A stretch of 24,395 nucleotides of DNA from an uncultured Candidatus Saccharibacteria bacterium. Lineage in GTDB: Bacteria > Patescibacteriota > Saccharimonadia > CAILAD01 > GCA-016700035. The translations under genes were made by a program, and so were the position numbers. The stretch's first letter is position 1, and the number at the start of each line of letters is the position of its first letter. Below the pieces are notes generated by a model. It did no database searches and was not told the DNA's origin. It saw only the letters and a list, made by a program, of their open reading frames with translations. The stretch lies in NCBI GenBank assembly GCA_964533895.1, contig CAZHOZ010000001.1, positions 13,928 through 38,322 of the forward strand, read 5' to 3'. Shown in pieces: positions 1 through 6,932 of the stretch.

Positions 1-242
1 CTGTGCATAAGTCTCAAGGATCTGAATGGCGAAAAGTATATTGTGTATTTCATCAATCACATAATACAATGATTGCCCGCGAGCTTATCTATACAGCAGT
101 AACTCGTGCAAGAGAAGAGCTATACATTATCTGTGAGCCGGATACATTTGTAAAAGGAATTGTCTCTCAGAAAGTTCCGGGCAATTGTCTGGCAGATAAG
201 ATTGAACACTTTAAAGGCAAACTTGACAGGAAGGAGTACTAG
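1..242 (+). CDS. SF1B RecD/Dda-like DNA helicase, C-terminal fragment (5' truncated by window edge)
   Basis: (T)VHKSQGSEW motif V and RELIYTAVTRAR motif VI, typical of UvrD_C_2 in RecD-like helicases. Frame is open at the window start. Confidence 0.9.
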   Translation, partial: VHKSQGSEWRKVYCVFHQSHNTMIARELIYTAVTRAREELYIICEPDTFVKGIVSQKVPGNCLADKIEHFKGKLDRKEY

Positions 243-245
243 GAA

Positions 246-473
246 ATGATCTCAACTAAATCAACACTTCTCCTAACTCTGCTCTTATCTGGTTGTGCAA
301 GCCATGCGCCATTTCATATAGGAGAAACTTGCACTCGCTGGATTGCTCCGGAAAAAGTAACATATAGTCCAGCAATGCTAGGGAATGTATTAGTTATGAT
401 TCCTGATGTTGATCCTGTCTGTGAAAAGTGGATTCCTAAAGAAAAGAAATTGCCTGAGCAATCCCCACATTAA
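246..473 (+). CDS. Small predicted lipoprotein (75 aa)
   Basis: AGGAG upstream. Basic N-terminus, hydrophobic stretch LLLTLLL and lipobox LSG|C. Two further Cys in the mature part. Confidence 0.7.
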   Translation: MISTKSTLLLTLLLSGCASHAPFHIGETCTRWIAPEKVTYSPAMLGNVLVMIPDVDPVCEKWIPKEKKLPEQSPH

Positions 474-493
474 ATAATAAGAAACTGACCCCA

Positions 494-522
494 TTGACAC
501 AGAGAGAAAAGTATGGCATAAT
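494..522 (+). promoter_or_regulatory. Strong sigma70-type promoter
   Basis: TTGACA (494-499), 17-nt spacer, CATAAT (517-522) preceded by TGn (extended -10). A-rich stretch upstream (471-484). Lies in the intergenic gap before the 593 gene. Confidence 0.85.
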
Positions 523-592
523 ACGCTCTCACGCTGACAGGAAGGCAGCGATCTATCCTTCCTAAATCCTAATCCAATTGGAGAATTACACA

Positions 593-1228
593 ATGAACTA
601 CAATCAAGTCGAAGCTAGCATCAATTTCCGTACTGTCAAAACGACTGATCCGGAAACTAATGAAGTTACTGAAACTAAGCGCGAAAGCATTAAGCTGCAA
701 GTTCCCGTTCCTACTTGGGAACAAGTAGTTGAAATTATCAATGCCGGCCAAGCAGAAGATGCAGATGAAGTTGCTCGTAATAATCTGCAACTGCTGCAAG
801 ATGCAATGTTCAATGTTGTCTATGAACAAGCTGTCTCACTGGCTAAAGAAAATACCTCTCTTTCTTCTGCCAATTTCCCTTACGAAGAACTGGCTTGGGA
901 TAAGATTGCAAATGCTCCGGAAGCCGAACGCAAGAGCCGTGGCATTAGCAAGGAAGAGTGGGCTGACTTTGCAGAAGATTATCTGGAAGCCATGCCTGCA
1001 ATTACTGGTAAAGATGCAGAGCGTATCAAGCGCGCTGTTGCAGTGTTCGTTTATAAGTTTGCTCCTATCAAGGCAGACAAGAAAGCGATTGCTGTCCTGC
1101 GTGACCAACTAGTTACCTACGCTGAAAATGCAGCCAATGCTGGTAACTTCTTCAAGGTAATCGAATTCCTGATTAAGAAGGCCGATGCACTGATCGCTGC
1201 AGATGTTGTTTCTGCAGATGATTTCTAA
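593..1228 (+). CDS. Hypothetical acidic, Ala/Glu-rich protein (211 aa) ending VSADDF; probably abundant early protein
   Basis: GGAG (580-583) before ATG 593, preferred over the TTG at 578. Directly downstream of the strong promoter. Codon choice (GCT, GTT, ACT, CGT, CTG) suggests high expression. Confidence 0.8.
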   Translation: MNYNQVEASINFRTVKTTDPETNEVTETKRESIKLQVPVPTWEQVVEIINAGQAEDADEVARNNLQLLQDAMFNVVYEQAVSLAKENTSLSSANFPYEELAWDKIANAPEAERKSRGISKEEWADFAEDYLEAMPAITGKDAERIKRAVAVFVYKFAPIKADKKAIAVLRDQLVTYAENAANAGNFFKVIEFLIKKADALIAADVVSADDF

Positions 1229-1235
1229 TTAGCAC

Positions 1236-1312
1236 TGCCTAATTAGATTTTTAGTAGCCATTCATAGGTTTAATGCTAACTGATGAGTGGCTACACTAAA
1301 GTCTAACTGGCA
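1236..1312 (+). promoter_or_regulatory. Long imperfect RNA hairpin (possible RNase III site, mRNA stabiliser or terminator)
   Basis: TGCC..TTAGATTT..GTAGCCATTCAT pairs with ATGAGTGGCTAC..AAAGTCTAA..GGCA. Several mismatches are G-U compatible on the + strand. Confidence 0.7.
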
Positions 1313-1329
1313 CTAGAAAGGAATATAAA

Positions 1330-1590
1330 ATGGCCAGAACACCTAGTGCCATGAGAATGTATATGCCGATCTGGCAAGCACTAAAGAAGCATAATACAGT
1401 CACTGTGACGGCCCCGCCCAATAAGCATAAGCGAATCATCAAGGCAGTCATTAAAGAGAAGTGGCTAGACACAGCCTACAATAATAAAGAAGGTTGGCGT
1501 AAGCGCTTCTTGCATTATCACACTCATGAAAATCATATCACATTCAGTCTAAATTATAGACTGACTGACCTAATGGCGAAAGACCTGTAG
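1330..1590 (+). CDS. Hypothetical basic protein (86 aa)
   Basis: AAGGA RBS and ATG 1330; fits the operon; Lys/Arg/His-rich. Confidence 0.7.
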   Translation: MARTPSAMRMYMPIWQALKKHNTVTVTAPPNKHKRIIKAVIKEKWLDTAYNNKEGWRKRFLHYHTHENHITFSLNYRLTDLMAKDL

Positions 1591-1611
1591 GAAAAAGAAA
1601 GGGAAATAGAA

Positions 1612-1905
1612 ATGCTTGATCAAATCAAAATGAATATTGCAGAACTTGAGACAGCTCTCTTGTCTGCCCATCCAGAAATGCCAGTGCTTCTGCAAAAAAT
1701 TCATAAGAAACTACAAGATGATCCTGATGTAGTAACTCTTCTTGATGAAAGTGAAATTGAGGTAATCATCAATGGCCTTAAGTCAGTCACAAATACAGAG
1801 CTTACTGCACCCAAAACAAAAGCTAAGGCAGCCAAGCCCCCAAGCGCAAGTAAGCGGCTCGCAAACTTACTTTCAAGCAGCGGAGTTAGCGCAGAAGACT
1901 TCTGA
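1612..1905 (+). CDS. Hypothetical protein (97 aa) with Lys/Ala/Pro linker and VSAEDF C-terminus
   Basis: Purine-rich RBS (AAGGGA); helical N-terminus followed by a low-complexity basic tail. Confidence 0.75.
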   Translation: MLDQIKMNIAELETALLSAHPEMPVLLQKIHKKLQDDPDVVTLLDESEIEVIINGLKSVTNTELTAPKTKAKAAKPPSASKRLANLLSSSGVSAEDF

Positions 1906-2188
1906 CTTAGTTAAATTAAGTGAAGAAAAACAAAATCATCTACGTCGCGCATGTCTCCTGCTCTTTCTTACAAGAGATATCTCATTCACAGATTTCAAAC
2001 AATTCTCTGAATGGTTAGGCGGATATCAGAATGTATTGCCAGCACAGCGCACACTTAATGAACGACTAATGCAACAGTTGGTAGCAATCTTTGGTTGGAA
2101 ACACACAGTTGCTAAGTCCTATTTCATACCAAACTATGAAGAGCGATATCAATTAGCTGCACTGTACTCTCTTCTGCAAGGAGACTAG
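1772..2188 (+). CDS. Hypothetical protein (138 aa) overlapping the previous gene by 134 nt
   Basis: GAGGT lies 8 nt before ATG 1772. No alternative in-frame ATG/GTG near 1905. Fills the gap up to the 2195 gene. Confidence 0.5.
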   Translation: MALSQSQIQSLLHPKQKLRQPSPQAQVSGSQTYFQAAELAQKTSDLVKLSEEKQNHLRRACLLLFLTRDISFTDFKQFSEWLGGYQNVLPAQRTLNERLMQQLVAIFGWKHTVAKSYFIPNYEERYQLAALYSLLQGD

Positions 2189-2194
2189 ATTCAA

Positions 2195-3121
2195 ATGAAT
2201 GAAATTGACATTCGCCTTAACCAACTCAGTTACTCTTCTCTTCTCACTCTCCACTCCTGTCCTAGGAAATTCCAGCTAGATAGACTGCAAGCACCGCGGC
2301 CAGAGAATGATGCTTCCAGCAGTGTGACATTTGCTTTCGGTCATGCAGTAGGACAAGGTATTCAGTCTGTAATGGAAGGAAAGACAGAGTCCCAAGTTCT
2401 CTTAGATATGTTTCTTATCTGGGAAGCTGATTTACTAGCCGCTAATGATAAGCAAAACAAATCATTCTGGTCGGCAGTAATTGCAGTACAGAAATTCATG
2501 GCCATGCGGGAGCAAGGCTATCTGTCTGAGTGGGAGCTGGTCTATATAGATGGAAAGCCTGCCTGTGAGCTTAGCTTTCTCATCCATTTGCCAGATGGCT
2601 TTAAACTGCGTGGCTTTGTAGATGCAGTATTGCGTAATAAACTGACTGGCGAAATCATGGTACTGGAACTCAAAACTACTTCCAGCTATGCAGTCAATGC
2701 AGCCACATATAAGAATAGCGCGCAGGCAATCGGATACTCAGTAGTTTTAGATCACCTGTTTCCTGAACTCTCTAGCTACGAAGTCCTGTATCTAGTATTC
2801 AAAACTAAGACTGCTGAATACGAGCAACTGCTTTTCACTAAGTCTTATTTCCAGCGTGCTCTTTGGATTCGAGAATTGCTTCTGGATGTAGAGTTAATCA
2901 AGATGTATGAAGAAGCTGGCATCTATCCGATGCACGGAGAGTCTTGCTATAACTTTTTCAGGGAGTGCGAATACATTTATACATGTACTCTAAGTACAGA
3001 TAAGCTGACAGATAAGCTGACAGAAGAACAGAAGGAAAAGATTTTAGAAAGTCACACAGATTATCAAATTCATATTACATTGAATGATTTGATTCTTTCT
3101 CAACTCAGTAAGGGACATTAA
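2195..3121 (+). CDS. PD-(D/E)XK Cas4/AddB-like exonuclease with probable 4Fe-4S cysteines
   Basis: N-terminal LSYSSL..SCPRK, FGHAVG, LRGFVD...ELKT catalytic motifs, QAIGY, and C-terminal C-x6-C-x5-C (ESCYNFFRECEYIYTC). Confidence 0.85.
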   Translation: MNEIDIRLNQLSYSSLLTLHSCPRKFQLDRLQAPRPENDASSSVTFAFGHAVGQGIQSVMEGKTESQVLLDMFLIWEADLLAANDKQNKSFWSAVIAVQKFMAMREQGYLSEWELVYIDGKPACELSFLIHLPDGFKLRGFVDAVLRNKLTGEIMVLELKTTSSYAVNAATYKNSAQAIGYSVVLDHLFPELSSYEVLYLVFKTKTAEYEQLLFTKSYFQRALWIRELLLDVELIKMYEEAGIYPMHGESCYNFFRECEYIYTCTLSTDKLTDKLTEEQKEKILESHTDYQIHITLNDLILSQLSKGH

Positions 3122-3131
3122 GGAGATTGCT

Positions 3132-3443
3132 ATGACTTGTAATTCAGAACAACAGACAGTAAATAGGCAGTATGTGTTAATTGCTACTGGAGAGTATTCA
3201 GACTATTCGCTTACTGCCTTTCGCATACTGAAGCCATTTACTTTCAAGGAGGCTTACAGAGAGTTGCTCAAACAATTCATTCCAGATGATTGGAAAGAAG
3301 ATCCTACCACAGAAGATTTTATTGCTTTCTTGAACAAAGCAGGTTATATTGAAGATGCTGATGAGTTAATTGAGTTCCATATTGGAAGCTATGGGTGGGT
3401 TAAGATGGATGAAGAGCAAATAAATATTCTGTGCGTACCATAA
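3132..3443 (+). CDS. Hypothetical phage protein (103 aa, GEYSDY motif)
   Basis: AAGGAG RBS; acidic small ORF in the operon. Confidence 0.7.
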   Translation: MTCNSEQQTVNRQYVLIATGEYSDYSLTAFRILKPFTFKEAYRELLKQFIPDDWKEDPTTEDFIAFLNKAGYIEDADELIEFHIGSYGWVKMDEEQINILCVP

Positions 3444-3456
3444 AGGAAACTGAAAA

Positions 3457-4320
3457 ATGAAACTGTCTAATGCAGCGCCCAGCAAAGCCAAACGAGTTCT
3501 TATCTATGGCGAATCAATGACAGGCAAGACAACTCTTGTAGGTACTCTTGCTTCTAAATACAAGCTTCTCTATTTCGATCTGGAGGCAGGCTATGAATCA
3601 TTGCTTAAATTGCCTGAGAGCTCAAAAGAAAATATTGAGCTTATCCAAATTCCAGACAGCAAAATCTACCCAATCGCAATTGAAACACTCCTAAAAGTTT
3701 TCACAGGTAAAGAAGTCTTTATCTGTGAAGAGCATGGAAAAGTAAATTGTCCTCTTTGCAGGAAAGAATCCAAAGCAGAGACTCGCATCTGCCTTTCTGA
3801 ATTAAATACAGATACTGTAGTAGTAATTGATTCTCTTACTCAGCTTTCTGCAAGTACAATCAATTTCCTCATGAAAGATAAAGAGGATACTGCGAAACCT
3901 GAGTGGGAAATCTACCGAGCACAAGGCGCCCTGCTAGAAAAGATCCTATCCAGTATGCAGCAGTCTCGCCATCATATTGTCTGTATCTCTCACGTAGTAG
4001 AAAGTCAGCAAGAAGATGGCAAGACTAAGCTATTTCCTGTTTGTGGCACTAGCAATTTCTCTCGCAATTGTCCGCGCTTTTTTGATGACGTAGTTTATCT
4101 TGAGCTAAAGAATAAAAAGCATGTGGCCACTTGCAGTACCACTTATGCAAACAATATTACAGCAGGTAGCCGGCTAGGTCACAGTATTGGAGAGGATATG
4201 AATCTGTTAAGTCTGTTTTCAGACCCAGTTTTAACAGGTGAAAACAAGAGGCAACTGCCTGAGCCAACGCAAGGACAGAAAGCAGTAAGTGCTTTGTCTA
4301 ATCTAATTAAGAAAGCCTAG
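3457..4320 (+). CDS. AAA_24/Sak4-like P-loop ATPase (putative single-strand annealing recombinase) with Zn-finger insertion
   Basis: Walker A YGESMTGKTT, FDLEAG, Walker B VVVIDSLT, ISH, FDDVVYL. Sits between the exonuclease and the SSB-like gene, as in Sak4 modules. Confidence 0.8.
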   Translation: MKLSNAAPSKAKRVLIYGESMTGKTTLVGTLASKYKLLYFDLEAGYESLLKLPESSKENIELIQIPDSKIYPIAIETLLKVFTGKEVFICEEHGKVNCPLCRKESKAETRICLSELNTDTVVVIDSLTQLSASTINFLMKDKEDTAKPEWEIYRAQGALLEKILSSMQQSRHHIVCISHVVESQQEDGKTKLFPVCGTSNFSRNCPRFFDDVVYLELKNKKHVATCSTTYANNITAGSRLGHSIGEDMNLLSLFSDPVLTGENKRQLPEPTQGQKAVSALSNLIKKA

Positions 4321-4333
4321 AGAGTAGATTATT

Positions 4334-4906
4334 ATGATTTATAAAGGAGCAATTTTTGGACGACTTACGGTAATCGAACATGTATGCAGCAGAGACAAAA
4401 ATGGATCTCGTTATTGGCTTTGTACATGCAAGTGCGGTAATACTGAAAGTGTATTAGAGCGTAAATTACTACGATCTGTAGGTATTGTACGCTGTTCTAA
4501 ATGCCCTTCAAGAGCGACACATCCAGAGTTAGATGTATTGACCTCAGCAATACAGCGTTGTCACAATCCTGATGATAAATCTTATTCCAATTACGGAGAA
4601 AGAGGCATCACAGTCTGTGAGCGGTGGAGAGCTGATAGTATAAACTTCTTATTGGATATGGGACGCAGACCTAGTAATGCACATACACTAGAACGCTTAG
4701 ATAACTCACAAGGGTATTCTAAAGAGAACTGTAAATGGGCAACAAGGCAAGAGCAGAACTGTAACACACGTGCAGTTTACTACAGCAACGGGCGTGTTCA
4801 GGTAATGATACACGGAAGTAGTGTATATGCAGAGGTAGCAAATAGGGAAGAGGCTGAAAAATTTATAAAATTTTTTAAGTCCCTTCAAAAATCATTAATT
4901 AAGTAA
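4334..4906 (+). CDS. Free-standing HNH-type homing endonuclease
   Basis: FGRLTVI, WLCTCKCG, RCHNP..YSNYGERGITVCERW, FLLDMGRRP, TLERLDNSQGYSKENCKWATRQEQ are the canonical pattern of this phage endonuclease family. Confidence 0.88.
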   Translation: MIYKGAIFGRLTVIEHVCSRDKNGSRYWLCTCKCGNTESVLERKLLRSVGIVRCSKCPSRATHPELDVLTSAIQRCHNPDDKSYSNYGERGITVCERWRADSINFLLDMGRRPSNAHTLERLDNSQGYSKENCKWATRQEQNCNTRAVYYSNGRVQVMIHGSSVYAEVANREEAEKFIKFFKSLQKSLIK

Positions 4907-4928
4907 TTTTTATGTAAAGGAATTAATC

Positions 4929-5375
4929 ATGTCTGATCAAAATTTTGACGCTATTTTGAATGTTTCGCTCGATGATCTAGCAGATCTGCCTGAGTTCGCT
5001 TCTTTCCCTGCAGGCGTACATCGCTGCACTGTTAGTATGGAAAAGAAAGAAATCAACTCCAAGCTTGCAATTGAAGTAAAGCTGACTGGTATTGAGACTG
5101 TTGAACTCAGCAAGCCAGACGAAGATAAGCCGATCACTACTGGCCAAGTTTCCAGCGCGGCTTTCTTCCTGGATAACGAGTTTGGTCAGGGCGCATTTAA
5201 GAAGCTTGTGGCTCCTCTGGCCGCTGCGCTTGGCGTATCTTCTTTGCGTGACATCATTGATGCTTGCGCAGGTACAGAAGTTGAGGCAGTGACTGCTTAT
5301 CGTCAAGGTAAAGCTAAGCCGGGTGAGACTGAGCGTCCTGTCTATTTCGAGATCAAGAAGCTGATCGTAGTCTGA
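4929..5375 (+). CDS. DUF669-like putative ssDNA-binding protein
   Basis: FASFPAGVHRCTV start motif and beta-rich OB-fold-like pattern; highly expressed codon style; position after the Sak4-like ATPase. Confidence 0.6.
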   Translation: MSDQNFDAILNVSLDDLADLPEFASFPAGVHRCTVSMEKKEINSKLAIEVKLTGIETVELSKPDEDKPITTGQVSSAAFFLDNEFGQGAFKKLVAPLAAALGVSSLRDIIDACAGTEVEAVTAYRQGKAKPGETERPVYFEIKKLIVV

Positions 5376-5376
5376 T

Positions 5377-5452
5377 TTAGATTTCTTACAGGAGTCATTA
5401 GGTAATTTCTTGTAGCTAAGAGTTATCTAGTGACTCTCAGTAAGTAATTTAA
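5377..5452 (+). promoter_or_regulatory. Long imperfect RNA hairpin (possible RNase III site, mRNA stabiliser or terminator)
   Basis: GAGTCATTAGGTAATTTCTT pairs with AAGAGTTATCTAGTGACTC using three G-U pairs and one bulge. Outer pairs are CTTAC/GTAAG and TTAGATT/AATTTAA. Followed by TTTTT. Confidence 0.75.
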
Positions 5453-5467
5453 TTTTTAGTGCAAAGA

Positions 5468-5484
5468 GGAGAACGGAAAATGAA
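5468..5484 (+). repeat. 17-bp direct repeat copy 1 (GGAGAACGGAAAATGAA), spanning RBS and start codon
   Basis: Exact match to 6298-6314. Confidence 0.85.
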
Positions 5485-5566
5485 AAAACTACTGATCACT
5501 GCTGTTATCGGTCAGGGTGACACGCGGGAAGAGCTGGACTCACTTCTGGAGGTGCTAACAACATGA
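5480..5566 (+). CDS. 28-aa mini-ORF MKKLLITAVIGQGDTREELDSLLEVLTT, possibly a deletion-fusion remnant
   Basis: GAGGAG RBS; stop overlaps the next start (ATGA at 5563-5566). Not in the supplied ORF track. Confidence 0.55.
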   Translation: MKKLLITAVIGQGDTREELDSLLEVLTT

Positions 5567-6009
5567 TCAAAATCAAAACCGCAGACGCTATCGGCCCCGC
5601 GTTGGATTGGCTGGTGGCGAAGTGCGACGTTGGTAACGACTGTCGGGATGGACGGCCGCTTTATTACTCGCACCCGAACAATCCGAAACTAATTTGCCGG
5701 GTTACACATAACCACGATGTCAACCCGAAGGGTTACGAGCTGTGCCGCTACTCAACCGACTGGTCACAAGGCGGGCCGATCATTGAGCGAGGAAGGATTA
5801 CCGTCTATCCAGACTACATAGACGCGACAACCGAATCAGGCAAAGAGATAACCATTGAAAACGGGTGGAAGGCACACAGTACACCTCGCCGTTACTGGAT
5901 GACACCAAGAGGTAACGCGTCTGGCCCCACACCTCTGATCGCTGCCATGCGCTGCTACGTTACCAGCAAGTTGGGCGATGAAGTCGAAGTATCGGAGGAG
6001 TTGCTATGA
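5563..6009 (+). CDS. DUF2591 / NinX-like phage protein
   Basis: GPALDWLVAK, YSTDWSQGGPIIER and GPTPLIAAMRCYVTSKLGDEVEV signature motifs; GGAGG RBS. Confidence 0.85.
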   Translation: MIKIKTADAIGPALDWLVAKCDVGNDCRDGRPLYYSHPNNPKLICRVTHNHDVNPKGYELCRYSTDWSQGGPIIERGRITVYPDYIDATTESGKEITIENGWKAHSTPRRYWMTPRGNASGPTPLIAAMRCYVTSKLGDEVEVSEELL

Positions 6010-6206
6010 GAACGCCGACACTGACCCAACTCCCTAACGACGCTGTTTCGGTTGGATACAAAACCATAGGGCGCTTCCAATACGAACAGGTGTTCCGAAG
6101 CGAAAGCGCCAACTTCGAGGGCACGGAGTATGAGTTTCTGGAAGCCGGACACGCTTACGCCTACGTGCAGATCGATAAATACACTCGCGTCGTCGTGGAG
6201 GTGTAA
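6006..6206 (+). CDS. Hypothetical protein (66 aa)
   Basis: GGAGGAG RBS; ATGA overlap with the upstream stop. Confidence 0.65.
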   Translation: MRTPTLTQLPNDAVSVGYKTIGRFQYEQVFRSESANFEGTEYEFLEAGHAYAYVQIDKYTRVVVEV

Positions 6207-6297
6207 CTGCCACAGAGTTTTGTGCTACCTCACTGCTTCCTGGAAGTGAAGTTGCGACACAGCGTGAATACAACAACGCCACCATCACCGAAGCACT

Positions 6298-6314
6298 GGA
6301 GAACGGAAAATGAA
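6298..6314 (+). repeat. 17-bp direct repeat copy 2 (GGAGAACGGAAAATGAA)
   Basis: Exact match to 5468-5484. Confidence 0.85.
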
Positions 6315-6684
6315 CCGCACAAAAGAGGAATGGGCATCGTGGTTGCCGTTTGAACATTCCGAAATCATTGCACAGCAAGACATCGCCGAACTGTGGGCGA
6401 AGGTGGAAGCACTTGCGCGAGAGCTATTTGAAGCAAAACAAGATGCACGCAACGCCCGTGACCTTGAGAAAGAAAACGCTAAGCGTTTGGCATGGTGGCA
6501 GGATCAATTTTCATCAATGAACGGAGACCAAACTATAAAGGTCGCAGAGCGACTTGCGACCCTTGAGGCCGAGTGCAACGCACTCCGGGCGCAGGTTGCT
6601 GAATTCGAGCGCGTGCGAGATAACGCGGACGCAGAAGCAAGAACAGTAGCGCGAGGTCATGACACTGAGGAGCAAACCAAATGA
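6310..6684 (+). CDS. Hypothetical coiled-coil protein (124 aa)
   Basis: GGAG RBS; heptad-like Ala/Glu/Leu/Arg pattern; ATGA coupling to the next gene. Confidence 0.7.
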   Translation: MNRTKEEWASWLPFEHSEIIAQQDIAELWAKVEALARELFEAKQDARNARDLEKENAKRLAWWQDQFSSMNGDQTIKVAERLATLEAECNALRAQVAEFERVRDNADAEARTVARGHDTEEQTK

Positions 6685-6932
6685 CCACAAACCTGATTGA
6701 AGTGATGGAACAAAAGCCCGAGTACAACTGGATGGATGAAGCTCGACAAATTGCTGCACAAGCTTGGTGTGACCCCGAGAACAGCCACAAGGAAATAGAC
6801 GCCGCTTTGTGTGAGTCTTTGGCTCGTCGCATTGCTGCATGGATGCAAACAGGAGCGCAGCATGCAAAGAACGAGGCATTTTGGAAGAAGAAGTTTGACG
6901 AACTCACCGCCGCACAGGAGGCACAGACATGA
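6681..6932 (+). CDS. Hypothetical phage protein (83 aa)
   Basis: GAGGAG RBS; ATGA overlaps at both ends. Confidence 0.75.
   Translation: MTTNLIEVMEQKPEYNWMDEARQIAAQAWCDPENSHKEIDAALCESLARRIAAWMQTGAQHAKNEAFWKKKFDELTAAQEAQT

Noticed and set aside
2996..3024. 12-bp tandem repeat ACAGATAAGCTG x2 (TDKLTDKLTE)
   Set aside because: A short in-frame duplication in a C-terminal linker with no evidence of function.
2195..3121. Cas4-like nuclease as evidence of a CRISPR-Cas system
   Set aside because: No repeat-spacer array or other cas genes were seen. Solo Cas4-like nucleases are common in phage recombination modules.
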